Below, in pieces: positions 63,721-64,000 of a stretch of 64,000 bases of DNA (the stretch's first letter is position 1; the number at the start of each line of letters is the position of its first letter). A program made the translations under genes and the position numbers. This stretch comes from an uncultured Solirubrobacteraceae bacterium (lineage in GTDB: Bacteria; Actinomycetota; Thermoleophilia; Solirubrobacterales; Solirubrobacteraceae): assembly GCA_963697985.1 (NCBI GenBank), contig CAVOPM010000002.1:108660-172659 (forward strand). Direction: 5' to 3'. Below the pieces are notes generated by a model. That model was not told where the DNA came from. It did not search any database and saw only the letters and a program-made list of their open reading frames with translations.

Positions 63721-63996
63721 CTATCCCGCCGCGGGCTCCTCCTCGTCCCCCTCGGACGCCGCGCCGCTGTCCTGCTCGTCGTCAGCTTCCTCCTCCGCGT
63801 ACAGTGACTCGCGGGCGAGCTCCTGGCCTTTGACGCCGAACAGCTTGATCTGCAGCAGGTCGTGACGGTAGTCATCCGGAGCGATCAACGTGAAGCGCTC
63901 GTCGATCAGCTCGCACTGGTCGACCGCGAGATCGGCGAGCTCGGCCGTGGCGATGCGCCCGCCGGAGATCAGCGGGTGCCCCCACACGAGCGTCAT
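63721..63996 (-). CDS. hypothetical protein with acidic C-terminal tail (may extend beyond the window)
   Basis: 91-aa ORF ending ...YAEEEADDEQDSGAASEGDEEEPAAG. The frame is still open at the window edge. Confidence 0.35.
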   Translation of the reverse strand: MTLVWGHPLISGGRIATAELADLAVDQCELIDERFTLIAPDDYRHDLLQIKLFGVKGQELARESLYAEEEADDEQDSGAASEGDEEEPAAG

Positions 63997-64000
63997 CGCG

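Overview
This is a very GC-rich bacterial chromosomal segment with strongly GC3-biased codons. Gene content points to a deep-branching actinobacterium (Thermoleophilia/Rubrobacteria-like). That is an inference from TreT, a class E sortase, a DtxR-type MntR, Tat-dependent Rieske plus split cytochrome b, and L,D-transpeptidase/PBP1A wall genes. I support about 65 protein genes and 2 tRNAs; no rRNA, CRISPR array, transposase or integrase was recognised.

Most of the window is housekeeping, in this order:
- Cell wall: NlpC/P60, ddl, PBP1A, L,D-transpeptidase, sortase E.
- Haem cluster: hemB, an AhbA/AhbB-like siroheme decarboxylase fusion, hemL.
- Menaquinol:cytochrome c reductase of the b6c/Bacillus type, followed by ubiE/menG and a long-chain polyprenyl synthase.
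- tatC, tRNA-Lys, mntR-mntH, purA.
- dnaB coupled to a DnaC/IstB-like ATPase.
- rpsF-(hydroxylase)-ssb-rpsR-rplI, then otsA-treT.
- thiL, infA, pyrE.

The only clearly accessory patch lies downstream of tRNA-Arg(CCT). Two further copies of the tRNA 3' half bound two ~2.9-kb cargo modules that lack an integrase. A more variable region follows (IPT/TIG secreted protein, MFS/TetR, small C2H2 zinc-finger ORF, paired Lys/Glu-rich lipoproteins).

A technical caveat runs through the window. Six clear single-base frame breaks, plus one possible seventh, affect five otherwise intact genes. Six of the seven sit on short homopolymer or dinucleotide runs, so read or assembly error is more likely than true pseudogenisation. 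The many long Arg/Ala/Pro-rich antisense ORFs in the six-frame track are treated as GC artefacts.
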